Positions 1 through 12,830 of a stretch of 64,000 nucleotides of DNA are shown piece after piece. Position numbers and translations under genes: made by a program. Location: NCBI RefSeq assembly GCF_006345805.1, contig NC_042998.1, positions 93,558,001 through 93,622,000 on the forward strand, in the 5' to 3' direction. How positions within the stretch are numbered: position 1 is the first letter of the stretch; the number at the start of each line of letters is the position of its first letter. The notes beneath the pieces were generated by a model that saw only the letters and a list, made by a program, of their open reading frames with translations, searched no databases and was not told where the DNA came from. The DNA comes from Octopus sinensis (taxonomy: Eukaryota).

Positions 1-630
1 ACGTACGCACATACCAGATGAACGTAAAATTAAAGCTGGCTTCTGTAGGAGTGATTACAGTGTTTGTCAATAGTAGCCCAATTACACCGAACTCTGTTTA
101 ATTTGAGCAAACATCACTTAAAACTGCGCTGTCATCAGTCTTGTTGCCGTTCAATCTCATCTCAATTGATAACTTTCTTTAAACTATGTTGCTTTGATCC
201 AATGTGTGAAATGTGAACCATCTGAGTCGTACTTTCGACGGGATCAAGCGAATATATTTTGGAGATGCGCTGAACTCACATCATTATATTTTAGTTCCTT
301 AAAATAGACTATCTATGAGAAATGTCAACAGAAACCAATATTATGATAATTGGATTCCTTGAGTTTAATTATTTATATGTAACTAGGGAAAATGTGTCAA
401 TTTATTACTCAATTTGGGATTTACCACTGTTGGTTTTGTTAAGATATTTTGCATTTAAACGCAAATTTTATTTGTTGAACCGGATTCCATACATCTCTTC
501 TGTAAATTAAGTAAATATGCTAACTATTTCTCAGAACTCTTTCAAATGTGTGTATGTGTGTGTGTGTATACAAATATACATATATAGCAGAGAAAGATTG
601 GGTATTTACCCTTATGAGATGGAAATATAT

Positions 631-849
631 TCTTTTATTCTTTTACTTGTTTCAGTCATTTGACTGCGGTCATGCTGGAGCACCACCTTTAGTCGAGCAA
701 ATCGACACCAGGACTTATTCTTTGTAAGCCTAGTACTTATTCTATTGGCCTCTTTTGCCGAACTGCTAAGTTACGGGGATATAAACACACCACCATCGGT
801 TGTCAAACGATGTTAGGGGGACAAACATATAGACACACATATACATACA

Positions 850-899
<50 letters not shown>

Positions 900-1065
900 T
901 ATTTGACGGAGTTCTTTCAGTTTCCGTCTACCAAATCCACTCACAAGGCTTAGGTCGGCCGGAGGATATAGTAGAAGACACTTGCCCAAGGTGCCACGCA
1001 GTGGGACTGAACCCGGAACTATGTGGTTGGTAAGCAAGCTACTTACCACACAACCACTCCTGCGC
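631..1065 (-). mobile_element. SINE family A (tRNA head, CORE-like GGCACCTTGGGCAAGTG box, internal microsatellite)
   Basis: Reverse complement has an A-box (GTGGTTGTGTGGTAAG), a B-box (GGTTCAGTCCC), the CORE-like motif, an internal (TA)n/(TATG)n tract and a 3' end GACTGAAACAAGTAAAAG. More than 15 copies in the window. Confidence 0.9.
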
Positions 1066-1082
1066 TTATAAAGAAAGATAAA

Positions 1083-1291
1083 TATCGGTTTCAAATTTTG
1101 GCCCGAGACCAGTAATTTCGGGGAGGGGATAAATCGATTAAACTGACTCAACTGGTACTTATTTTATAGACCCTAAAAGAATGAAAGCAAAAGTCGACCT
1201 CGGAGGGATTAGAACTCAGAACATATGGACAGTCAAAATGCCGCCTAGCGTTTTTCCCGATGAGCTAACAGTTCTGCCAGCTCGCCACCTT
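1083..1291 (-). mobile_element. SINE family B (tRNA-like head, Nin/Deu-like central domain)
   Basis: Diverged match to GGCGAGCTGGCAGAA..GAGTTCAAATTCC..GTCGACTTTGCCTTTCATCCTTTCGGGGTCGATAAA, seen in many copies. Confidence 0.8.
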
Positions 1292-1374
1292 AGGAAAGAT
1301 AAATGTTAAGAACAGTAAATATAAATAACAATAACAAAGAAATTTAAGTGTTACCTTAGAAATATTCAGTTATA

Positions 1375-1532
1375 GGTGTAGGAGTGGCTGAGTGGTAAGT
1401 AGCTTGCTTACCAACCACATGGTTCCGGGTTCAGAACCATGGCACCTTGGGCAAGTGTCTTCTACTATAGCCTCGGGCCGACCTAAGCCTTGTGAGTGGA
1501 TTTGATAGACGGAAACTGAAAGAAGCCCGTCG

Positions 1533-1565
<33 letters not shown>

Positions 1566-1770
1566 ATGTTTGTGTGTCTGTGTTTATCTCCCCAACATAG
1601 CTTGACAACCGATGGTGGTGAGTTTACGCCCTCGTAACTTAGCGGTTCGTCAAAAGAGACCGATAGAATAAGTACTAGGCTTACAAAGAATAAGTCCTGG
1701 GGTCGATTTGCTCGATTAAATGTGGTGCTCCAGCATGGCCGCAGTCAAATGACTGAAACAAGTAAAAGAG
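1375..1770 (+). mobile_element. SINE family A, full length
   Basis: Same head, CORE-like box, microsatellite and tail as 631-1065, in the opposite orientation. Confidence 0.9.
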
Positions 1771-2778
1771 AATTAATCCTTATATTTCGAGTTAAAATCC
1801 CTTTGTAAATCCTTCAAATAACAAGAAAAATATGCATCTCTTGCGTCAACTTGTAAACAATCTTATACTCGTACCTATGCTCATGCATATAAATTCACGG
1901 ATGTATATTGTTCCATATTAATGAAGGTATAAATTAGCAAACATCTTAGGTGGCGAGCTAGCATAACTGTTAGAATATCGGATAAAATAGTTGCCAGTAT
2001 TTCTTCCAACCCATCACATTGTGTTTAAATTTAGCCGAGGGCCACTTTGCCTTTCATCTTTTCGGATCAATAAAATGAGTTTGAAAGCATTGTCGAAAGC
2101 TGAGTGTTCAGAATTATTTTATCAAAGTACCTCACTTGTCCAGTACCTCACTTTTATGTAGATTTACCATACACTTGTAACATAGAGATGTTGCACAATA
2201 TTGCATCGCATATCCGACACATTACAAAACGAAATTAAATTGGAAAATACTGGAGAAAAATACATACTTTATAAAATAGCTCACAAAAATTGAAGATCAA
2301 TTTTGGAAATCGAGCTCATATCACAATACAATGCCAAAATTAACACACAACCACAAACATCAAAAAATGATCACGTAACTACTGACATAAGAAATAAGAT
2401 ACAAAAACCTATCTAACCGTGACAAACAGATCAACTGTGATTACTGATGCATGATGCTAACAGTCAAAATACATCTGGCGAGAAAGTCTAAACGAATTCA
2501 GTCAGTATATAGACAAAATTGCAAACACCAAATCCAATTCTTGAAATGAGACTGCGAAAATCCCGAATCGTCGAGTGTGGACTTGCAATCTCTGCTGTTT
2601 CAAACCAACAGTAAAAATCTAATAGGAAAATAGGAAAAATATAAAATAAAAAGATAAAATTTGAACATAGTCGTGTATCGAATGAAATATTACGCGCACG
2701 CGCACACACACATTTATATATATATATATATATATACGCACATATATATGTATGCATATGTATATATATATATATATT

Positions 2779-2850
<72 letters not shown>

Positions 2851-3056
2851 ATATATACATAATACACACAGACATACACACACACGCAAACAAACATACA
2901 CCCACTTAGATACCAGAGTGATGTTTACAGGTTTGTCAATGTCTTTTAAGGTAAGTAAGTAGGGTACAACTTTGCATGCATTATGACACGCTTCAACGCT
3001 CGGAGCAGAGTATTTACTAACGATCCTCAACATACATACATACATACATACATACA

Positions 3057-3088
<32 letters not shown>

Positions 3089-3711
3089 AAAATCAAGCGT
3101 GTAAGGCAGTCAACAGAACTGAAATGGTCGACTGGACATGGTGAGCAATTAACTTTTTGGTCATGATTTCAAGATATGTTACAACCTCGTTCCGATAAAG
3201 CTAAAAATGATTGATTACTTCCCTGACCATGTATAGGTCTGTTTCTCACCTGTTTAACATCACATAAATCTAAACTTAAAATACCGTAAAACTAGCTAGA
3301 TTTATTATATATGTAGTTTTATGCATTAACTGAATATAGAAATCGATTACGTTATGTTAAACCTTCTGAAGGTGGCATTAGTTAAGTATTTATATATGCA
3401 AATAGCATAAAATCTATCTGCATATATATCTCAGAGCAGCGATTCAAATTCGTTTTGAGGTGACTCGGGTATGCGGTGCAGATGAGCTGAAATAACAGCG
3501 AAATATGGATATACACCATTCCCGTTAACATAGGGAGCGATTCGTTTCCCCTGGTTTTGAGGTATTCAGTGTTTTCTAACACTCGATGTCTTAAAGGGAC
3601 ATTCCCTGGGCGAAATTCTGCAGTTAATAGGCGTATAAACAAAACACATGCATTAAGAATGTAACATCGACATTATCTTAAGTGACATGCTAACCTCCTC
3701 CTCCTCGTCTT

Positions 3712-3909
3712 CCTCTTCCTCCCCCTCCTCCTCCTCCTCCTCCTCCTTCTTCTTCTTCTTCTTCTTCTTCTTCTTCTTCTTCTTCTTCTTCTTCTTCTTC
3801 TTCTTCTTCTTCTTCTTCATGTTATATAAAAACATAATTTCTTCATTACAGATAAGAACGTAGTATAAAAATTTCCTATCTCCTAGATATTGTGTAAACT
3901 TATTGTATA

Positions 3910-3987
<78 letters not shown>

Positions 3988-3990
3988 TAT
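3712..3990. repeat. (CTC)n/(TTC)n and (TCA)n trinucleotide microsatellites
   Basis: Seen directly. They explain the poly-E/K/D/S ORFs. Confidence 0.95.
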
Positions 3991-3993
3991 TAC

Positions 3994-4195
3994 TGGTAGA
4001 ATCGTTAGCATGCCAGGCAAAACGCATAGCAGTATTTTGTCTGCCTTTACGTTCTGAGTTCGAATTCCACCAAGGTCGACTTTGCCTTACATTCTTTCGG
4101 GGTTCGATGAAATAAGTACTAGTCATGCACTGAGGGGATGCAATTGGCTAGCTCCTTCCACCACATTTCAGGCCTTGTGCTTATACTGCGAAAGA
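3994..4195 (+). mobile_element. SINE family B, diverged
   Basis: GAATCGTTAGC..GAGTTCGAATTCCACC..GTCGACTTTGCCTT..GGGGTTCGATGAAATAAGTAC. Confidence 0.75.
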
Positions 4196-4828
4196 TTATT
4201 ACTGCTGTTGTTGCTAATATCGTTGTTGTTATTGTGGCGCACTAGGTTCGATGTAATCGACTTGCCCTACCCATAAATTTGCTGGCTTTGAGCCAAAACT
4301 TGAAAGCAATATTGTTGCTGTTGTTGTTGCTGTTGCTGCTGTTGTTGTTGTTGTCTTTGTCAAAGTCACAGTTAATTGATCGTTCAGGCATCATGAATTT
4401 CCTTTATCCTAAATTTTGTTCCATTGAGTTTTGGGGGAAAGCGACTGACTTTTATCTGTTTATTTCGCCAAAAATATTTTCTTCTTGGCGACAATGAAAA
4501 ATTAAAAAGTTATTTTTATGGTATATTTTTTTTTTCTTTTTCTTTTGGCCCAGCCTTTTTACTCATAGCCACCGTTCAACATTTGATGCAATCATCAAAT
4601 TAGTCTACGATGCAAAAGGAATGGACTAATGATATATTTTATCAGTGGTTCGGAAACGAATGTATATTTTGGCCATTAAAATGGGATGGGAATGAGAGCA
4701 AAACAAATAGGATAGAGAAAAGTTCCGGTTGTGAATAAGTGAAAGAAAAAAGCAGAAAAGGAAAGCCACTATCTGAAAACGAAAATGTTTACGTATATGT
4801 GCGCGCTCAGTCTGTCTGTATATGTATG

Positions 4829-4914
<86 letters not shown>

Positions 4915-5743
4915 TCTATATATTCACACACACATATGTATGTATCCATGTATGTATGTGTGTATGTATGTATGTATGTATGTATGTATGTATGTATGTA
5001 TGTATGTATGTATGTATGTGTGTGTGTGTGTGTATGTGTGTGTGTATGTGTGTGTGTATGCGCGTTTATTTCTATTTATTTCTTTTTGGTCTGTGAGTGG
5101 TGGGAATGGATTAAAGTGTTAATTATTCTTTCAGCTCCTGTTGTTGTTTAAATTTTTAGATTATTCGCTGATGAAATCCGAACAAACAAGAAATAAAACA
5201 TTAGTAAGATGGAAGAAAAGGACAAGAGAAGAGAGAGAAACAAATTAATTGGTAGCGGGTGATGAAAGATGATAAAGGGAATAAAATCTAAATATGGTTT
5301 TCATTACTTTAACAGCTTCTGAAGGGAGATGGATGGATAAAGTAATTAATTCTAGTGGGAGTGAGATACAGATAGACAGATAGAAAAAGAAAGAGGGGAG
5401 GAGGAGAAGAAGGAGGAGGAGGAAGGAGAGCAAGAAGAGAATGGGAATGAGTAAAGGGGGGAAAAAGAGTATGCGTATGTGTGTGAGTATGTATGTGTGG
5501 GGGGAAAGATAGAGAGAGAAAGGGAGAGTAAACATAGGTTATTATTCAAAGAATCACAGTTGACAAGAGAAATTATTGCCAATACTTGGTCCAAGACTAA
5601 TCAGAGGAACACGGTTAACATTAACATGTTTCTACCGATGTTTGAGACAAGTTTAATATGTAAACTATATCATTGCTAAGCAACTAACAAACATTGTATA
5701 TTTGCTTCGTTGTTGTTGCTGTTTTATTTATTTATTTATTTGT

Positions 5744-5782
<39 letters not shown>

Positions 5783-6721
5783 TTTGCGAACCAGTTTCTA
5801 CAGGAGTTGCAATTATTGGAGTGTAAAAAGGACAAAAATAACAAATGAACTGTTGCAATAGAGACGTAACAAACAAGATTAAACCTGCATCTTCTTGAAA
5901 ATCAGTTGATTATAACAAGCAATCTATTCGAATCTGTCTGCTAATCACCATAATTGCATTTATGATTTATTGTTAAATCACGCTGATGATTGCATTGCTA
6001 CTGTCGTTTCTGAATCTGCTGTATGTACGATTATCAACTTTTATACAGCTTTCTTCGAAATGATGATGATGATGGTGATGGTGATGATGATGATGACGAT
6101 GACGGTGATGATGATGAGCTGGAGTAAGAGGAGGGAAATAAGAAGGATGAAGAGGATGAAGAGGATGAGGATTGTTGGGGTGGGTATAAAGGTTGTCATG
6201 ATGACAACAATTGCGAGGATAATATAGCATTGGTGGTTGATGTTAATAGTACTGATTGGGATGATAACGGTGACAATGGCAAGTGTAATGGCTGCAATGG
6301 TGGAAGCGGAAAGTACTGATAGGTGACTCTAGAAGAATGGAAGATGGAAATTGATTTCAGTGAGATTTGATGTCTGCGTTCTCGGTTCGAATCCTGTCGA
6401 GGTCGACTTTGTCTTTCGTTCTTCTGAGTTTGAAAAAAATAATTAGTGATCAAGCATTGTCGTCTTGTACCTAAATAAGAAATTATCTTTATAATACTTT
6501 CAAATTTTGGCACAAGGCCAGCAATTTTGGGGAAAGGTAAGTCGATTATATCGACCATAGTACACAAACTCCTACATATTTTATCGACCCCGAAAGAGTG
6601 AAAGGCAAAGTCAACCTTGGCGGAAATTGAACTTAGAACGTAAAGACAGATGAAATGCCGCTAAGCATTTCGTTCGGTGCGCTAACATTTTGTCGGTTCT
6701 CCGCCTTAAGTCATCTACATA

Positions 6722-7112
6722 TTCTTTTCTGCTCTAGACACAAGGTCCGAAATTTTGGTGGGGAGGTCAGTCGATTAGATCGACCGCAGTACGCAACTGG
6801 TACTTAATTTATCGACCCCGAAAGGATGAAAGTCAAAGTCGACCTCGGCGGAATTTGAACTCAGAACTTAGCGGCAGACGAAAAACCTATTTCTTTACTA
6901 CCCACAAGGGGCTAAACACAGAAGGGACTAACAAGGACAGACAAACGGATTAAGTCGATTATATCGACCCCAGTGCGTAACTGGTACTTAATTTAACGAC
7001 CCCGAAAGGATGAAAGGCAAAGTCGACTCTGCGGAATTTGAACTCAGAACGTAACGGCAGACGAAATACGGCTACGCATTTCGCCCGGCGTGCTATGGTT
7101 TCTGCCAGCTCG
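6722..7112 (-). mobile_element. SINE family B head-to-tail dimer (further diverged copies at about 6330-6710)
   Basis: The reverse complement reads one head followed by two tandem central-domain units. Confidence 0.85.
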
Positions 7113-7827
7113 ATCTACATGCTGATGTAATAGTACGTTCCTACCCATCTAACTTTTTGCGTAACGCTAAAGGAAGTAACAAAAAGGGGAAAGAGACAAC
7201 AAGTTGAAAAAGAAGTAAAAAATAAAACATGACAACTGTAAATGTTGATGGTGGTGACGATATTGATCTTTATCTGTTGTTTGTGATAGCTGTTGTTTGT
7301 TTATTATTGGTTGTCAATGTTTATATGATTGTTTATTGTTCGTAGCGACAGCGACAATTATTTGCACCAATGTGCAAATAAACAAATATCATACAGTATT
7401 TGTTTTAATTTTCAGCCTCAAAATAAAGAGTTCGCTGTTAGCTCCTTACTACTGACAAGAAACCATATCTTCCATTAACTGATAATGGTTTCTCTAATTA
7501 TTTTTTATGTCATTAATTTTATTTGCTCTCGTAAGACATCGAGCTGGCAGAATCCTTAGCACACCGGGCAAATTGCTTAGCGCTATTTCGTCCATGTTTA
7601 CGTTCAAATTCCGCAGCGGTCAATTTTGCCTTTCGAGGGTGATAGAAATAATTACCAGTTAAGTACTGGAGTAAATATCATCGACTTTCCCTCCCCATGT
7701 TTCTACATCACCACTAAGTGTACCCCAGTGTTCGTAAAGTTTGCGTTGCAATGTTTTTGGGGAGTGTATAATTGCGTGTGTACATTACATCAGTTTTATT
7801 GTGTTTTTCGATATTGCTGATGCTTAA

Positions 7828-8410
7828 GACGGCGAGCCGGCAGAATCGTTAGCACGCCGAGCGAAATGCTTAGCGGTATTTCGTCTGCGTTACGTTGTGA
7901 GTTCAAATTTCGCCGAGGTCGACTTTGCCTTTCATCCTTTCGGGGTCGATAAATTAAGTACCATTTACGCACTGGGGTCGATGTAATCGACTTAATACCT
8001 ATGTCTGTCCTTGTTTGTCCGCTCTGTGTTTAGCCCCTTGTGGGTAATAAAGAAATAGAAATAGGTATTTCGTCTGCCGTTACGTTCTGAGTTCAAATTC
8101 CGCCGAGGACGACTTTGCCTTTCATCCTTTCGGGGTCGATAAATTAAGTACCAGTTACGCACTGGGGTTGATGTAATCGACTTAATCCATTTGTCTGTCC
8201 TTTGTCCTCACTGTGTCTAGCCCCTTGTGGGTAGTAAAGAAATAGGTATTCCGTCTGTCTTTACGTTCTGAGTTCAAATTCCACCGAGGTCGATTTTGTC
8301 TTTCATCTTTTCAGAGGTCGATAAATTAAGTACCAGTTGTATACTGGGATCGATACAATCGACTGCCCCCTCCCCCAAAATTTCGGGCCTTGTTCCTAGA
8401 GTAGAAAAGG
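7828..8410 (+). mobile_element. SINE family B head-to-tail trimer
   Basis: One head, then three units of about 180-200 bp starting GTATTTCGTCTG..GAGTTCAAATT..GGTCGATAAATTAAGTACC. The last unit has a different 3' end. Confidence 0.9.
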
Positions 8411-8604
8411 ATATTGTTGATGCTTATGGTACATTTTGGTGTCTGTGTGGAGTATGTGAAATGTAATTTGTATTTATTTTGCTGGATTGCGTTTCATTTA
8501 TACTGAGTCAGTCATGCCATACGTTTTGATGTTGCGAGATTATTATGTAGTGTAGCGTGCTACGTCGGTTATTGTAGAAGGTAAGTTTTGCGAGTTACTT
8601 TTTG

Positions 8605-9004
8605 TCTTTTACTTCTTTCAGTCATTAAACTAAGACCATGCTGGGGCATCACCTTCGAGAGTTTTTAGTCGAATGAATCAACCCCAGTATTTATTTATTT
8701 ATTCTAAAGCCTGGTACTCATTCTATCGATCTCTTTGTCCAACCGCTAGGTTACGGGAACGTAAACACATTAGCACCAGCTGTGAAGAGTGGTGGGAGAC
8801 AAACACAGACTCAAACACACACACACTCACACACATACAAAAACACACACACACATACAAGATGGGCTTCTTTTAGTTTCCGTCTACCACAAGGCCTCTG
8901 TTGGCCCGAAGCTATAGTTGAAGACAATTGCACAAGATTCCGCGCAGTGACTGAACCCTGATCCATGTGGTTAGGAAGCAAGCTTCTTACCACACAGCCA
9001 TGCC
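8605..9004 (-). mobile_element. SINE family A
   Basis: Head, CORE-like remnant, (CA)n and tail are recognisable. Confidence 0.85.
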
Positions 9005-9089
9005 AGGCTCTTTATATTGACGATTATGCAAAAGTACGAAGGGCGAACTCTTTGCGCAAGAGATGGTTTCTACTTTGAAAGTTTATAGT

Positions 9090-9890
9090 TTTTGTTTATA
9101 TTTTTTTTAAATTATACCTAGTGTTTCAGTAATTATCGGTATGTTTTTCACCTCCATGCTTACAGCCTGTTTATTTCACTTTCATGCCCCTAATAGTTCA
9201 ACAGGTTTTCCATTCCTTTCTTATTTTGCCCGGAAGGTATCGAGATGTCTGTCAGAATACAGACATTTTCCTTCCTGTCCTTAATAATTATATCTGGGCG
9301 AATTACCTTGATCTGCATGTCGGTTTGAACAGGCACGTTTCAGATGATTATGGCAAGGTCGTTGTCATGTATAGTGTTTCGTACATGTTTATACCACATC
9401 TTATTCATTTTCACATCAAAGCGTCGGTATATTTCCCGTTAGACACAACTGCTGACTCCATCTTGTCTGTCAGTATAAACACGATTGGAAAGAACTTCGC
9501 AGTCGGAAATGATATATTCAGTCGTCTCATTGATTGCCTAATCATCAATTTATGCTGCGGTTAATAATTGCATAATCAGTATTTGATATTGGCATTATTA
9601 TCATTATTTATGGAGTCACTTATGCCTTGGTATTGTTTTCGTAAAAGGTTTTTGTTCTTGTTAATCTAGTTGTGCGGGGTAATGGCTAATGAGTGATTTT
9701 TATTTTCATTTTTTTCATTATCCGATATACGCAAATGAGGCAATTTTGATTTAAAATAGCTATCTATATATCATACTTAATGTAGATCCACTCTTATAGG
9801 CCAGTTATTCATTATGAAATAGCATTTCTGAGATGTTATCTCAGGACGACTGCCGTTGTAACTGGTCTAGCAACAGTGTATATACATCAA
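9090..9890 (-). mobile_element. Ancient R4/Dong-type non-LTR retrotransposon, zinc-knuckle/RLE endonuclease remnant
   Basis: Manual minus-strand translation NETTEYIISDCEVL..MWYKH..VPVQTDMQIKVIRPDIIIKDRKENVCILTDISIP, with stops, matches the PD-(D/E)xK RLE region of the 56.7-57.2 kb copy. Confidence 0.75.
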
Positions 9891-9900
9891 GTGCAACATA

Positions 9901-11180
9901 TCAGGTCATCCCATAAGTTCTGTCCAAATTTTGAATAAAGAAAACAAGTGATCAAATGTTATATTTAATTGAAATTTAATCATCAATGTACTTTCCCTGG
10001 TTATCAATGACTTCCTTCCATCTAATTACAAGCTTTTTAATCCCATCAATGTAAAAGTCTTTTGGTTTCAAAGCGAAAAACTCTGAAATGTCAATTTCCA
10101 CCTCCTCCTGGCTTGCGAAAGTTATGTCCCTCAAATGATTCAGTAAACTACGAAACAAATAGTAGTCTGAAGGAGCAAGGTCGAGAGAATAAGGTGGATG
10201 AGGAATTTTTTACCACCCAAGCTCTTCGATCTTCTGTGATGTGATCTTTGCAGTATGGGGTCGTGCATTGTCCTGATGAAACATCACTCCTTTTCGATTC
10301 ACTAAAGCGGGGTTTTTTTCTTCAAAGCTTGGTTCAAACGCTCTAGTTGCTGACAGTAGACTTGAACATTGATTGTTGCATTAGGTGGTAACAATTCAAA
10401 GTGAATTATTCCTTTTCAATCCCACCAGATAGAGGGAAGAACCTTTTTCCCATGAAGTTCCCTTCTCGGTTGTGGTTGAGCTTTTTCCCTTTTATCAAGC
10501 CACTGTTTACGACGTTTAACATTTCGATAGAAGATCCATTTTTCGTCACCTGTCACAAGTCAATCCAAAAAGGTTGAAATGAGTTCGCGAGAATGGAGAG
10601 AACAGATGTCAACTCGGGATTTGCGGTTGCTTTCGGACAATTCATGAGGCACCCATTTTCCAAGTTTATGAACCTTTCCAAGTTGTAGAAGATGACAATG
10701 AACAGTTGCATGATTTGAACTAAGCTTTATTGCCAATTCTTCAACTGATAATGTAGGATTTTCTTCAAGTAATGCCTCAAGGAGCTAATCATGAAACTCA
10801 ACAGGACGTCCTGTTCGATCGTCATCTTCAAGGCTGAAATCTCCACTTCTGAATTTTGCAAACCATCTTCTGCAAGTTCTTTTATTCAAGCATTCTTTCC
10901 CATAAACTGAGTGTATGTTTCGAGTCGCTTCGGCTGCAGAGTTTCCTTTTTTGTACTCATAAAGCATTATGTGCCTTAAATGCTCTTTGGATATTTCCAT
11001 GTTAGAAAGGGTTTTAAAGAAATTTAAATTCTATTATTCTGTAAAATAATATTTAATTAGTTTAAATATACACAAATGCATAAAAGTAATTTTTAATTCC
11101 ATTAGAGATTCTGAAATACTACTACATTTCATTCAATTTCAAAAAAGGTAAAATCGGACAGAACTTATGGGATGACCTGA
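9901..11180 (-). mobile_element. Full-length mariner (DD34D) DNA transposon, 1280 bp
   Basis: Perfect 25-bp TIRs (TCAGGTCATCCCATAAGTTCTGTCC at 9901-9925 and its reverse complement at 11156-11180), flanked by TA on both sides. Confidence 0.97.
9976..11000 (-). pseudogene. Mariner transposase, disrupted by stops and frameshifts
   Basis: HTH N-terminus MEISKEHLRHIMLYEY, then WVPHEL, LVTGDEKW, HQDNARPH and HPPYSLDLAPSDY. The second and third catalytic Asp are separated by 34 residues. Confidence 0.95.
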
Positions 11181-11349
11181 TATAATTGGCTATAGTTGAA
11201 GACACTTGCTCAAGATGCCACGCAGTGGGATTGAACCTGTGGTTGGAAAGCAAGCTTCTTACCACACAGCCATGCCTGCGCCTATACATACATACATACA
11301 TACATACATACATACATACATACATACATACATACATACATACATACCC

Positions 11350-12100
11350 TATCAACCATGTGTGTTGGGGAAGGGATTACATTCTGTCTTTACCAACTTC
11401 GAAATGGCGGCTTCAGAACTTCGTTGGTAGTTCTCTGTTTTTTTCTATCTTCTTCAATTACACTTCCAATGTTAAAATTTAATATATTTTAGATATGCAT
11501 GATGTACTTATACCTATTATTTTATTTTTTGTATTGAGTCTAGTTTTAATATTAGTCTCACGCCCATATATTATGCTTTTCTACTTTTTTCCCTCATTTT
11601 GTATTGTATTTCATTAGTTTTATCTACTCTTAAGTGTTTGTATGAGTATTTCTGGCCTAATTTTCTGTTTTCCCTGTCTGTATCTAATCTAATGTATTTA
11701 GTTTTAGTTAATTTGCTTTTCCTATTAGTAGCCATGTCATATTTATCTAATCTCATATTTATTTTTTATTCCTTGACCGAATTTATGGACAACATTTAGT
11801 ACATTTTCCAACTGATCGCTGTCTCTTTGCAAATAATTTTAAGCATTTTATCTGCAGAAGATTGTGAATCTTTTATAAACATCTAATCCATTTATTGTTT
11901 CACTGGACAGATACATCAGTAGAGTTAAAGCTAGACGGAAAAATAATGAAGATAACCTGTCTACCTGGAATATTACTCTTCTTGTGAGTATAATGTTAAA
12001 TTTAATTCCCTTCTCTATCATGTAGTAATATGGTTGTTTTCCATTTTGCAATGAATATAATAGAAGACACTCAAGAAGCAACGAGAAAGCTTAAGTAAAT
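11350..12100 (-). mobile_element. Ancient R4/Dong-type RT remnant (probably the same element as 9090-9890)
   Basis: RRVIFQVDRLSSLFFRLAL resembles RRGIFQGDSLSPLLFCLAL. HNLLQIKCLKLFAK resembles SHLLYMDDLKLFAK. RLDKYDMATNRKSKLTKT..YKHLRVD..MREKSRK resembles GLDKCAKATFKRGKL..YKYLGV..MKEKIRK. Confidence 0.7.
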
Positions 12101-12249
12101 CACCTCAGCAAAAGAATGTAAGGGTTTTAAATTATCTAAGTACATTTGATTCATTCTCGTGTTGTATCTCTACTTTTGCATATTGCTAAATAATTAGTCA
12201 TTAATTTTCAACATATTTTTGTTATATTTGGGAGGGGACTGACATGAAT

Positions 12250-12830
12250 GTAATATGAAACCCGGTTTTCATTGAAATTATCACTATTACTGAATAGATA
12301 AGATCATTCAGTCTATTGATGCTCAGGAAATGTTTCAGTGGACAGAGTCCCTTGCAGAGCTGTCTTACTTGCAGTTATTCATTCGTAGAGCTGCTTGTCC
12401 ATGTGTAACTTGAGCAGGTGTTTGTATTGATGTATTTCCATCGATTTTGTTGTGCTCTCTTATGTTGCTTTATTCTTTTTATGTATTTCTTTATTTTTCA
12501 TGTGTCTGTCTTCTTGTTTGTTATATGTGGAATTCTATTTTGAGAACCGATTTATTGTAAGTGTCACAGGGTGTGGGCGTCTCTGTTTTGTGTTACTTTC
12601 TTTTATGGAGTTGTATTTGTCTTGAATATACTGAATTTTGTTTTAATGCTTTTGTTGGTTTGTGGTAGATTGTCTTTTCTATTTTTAGTAGGTTGTTTTT
12701 TTTTCTAGTTTTCAGAGTGTATTTTTTCTACGAATTTTCTATTTTAAATTTTGGGATCTTGTTCTTATTAGTAATTTCTGTACTTGCCCGATTGTGGTCG
12801 TATTGAAATATTTCCTTATTTCGTCAATTT
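12250..12830 (-). mobile_element. Possible very old Penelope-like GIY-YIG remnant
   Basis: Minus strand FHI*QTRRQ...NIREH loosely resembles YIGQTxRxLxxRxxEH. Heavily decayed. Confidence 0.25.

Noticed and set aside
2488-3096. Long ORFs rich in YI, CV, HT and MYVC dipeptides here and throughout (for example 4739-5151, 26805-27383, 52210-52857, 60245-60775)
   Set aside because: They are translations of (TA)n, (CA)n, (TACA)n and (TAGA)n arrays, which lack stops in some frames.
3301-3486. Possible minus-strand terminal exon (HLHRIPESPQNEFESLL*) with a downstream AATAAA
   Set aside because: Splice and polyA patterns only, which are expected by chance in AT-rich DNA. The same applies to candidates at about 23.3, 24.5, 29.5, 60.3 and 63.8 kb.
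7828-8410. Regularly spaced repeats suggesting a CRISPR-like array
   Set aside because: This is eukaryotic DNA, and the units are SINE tandem copies of about 190 bp with no unique spacers.
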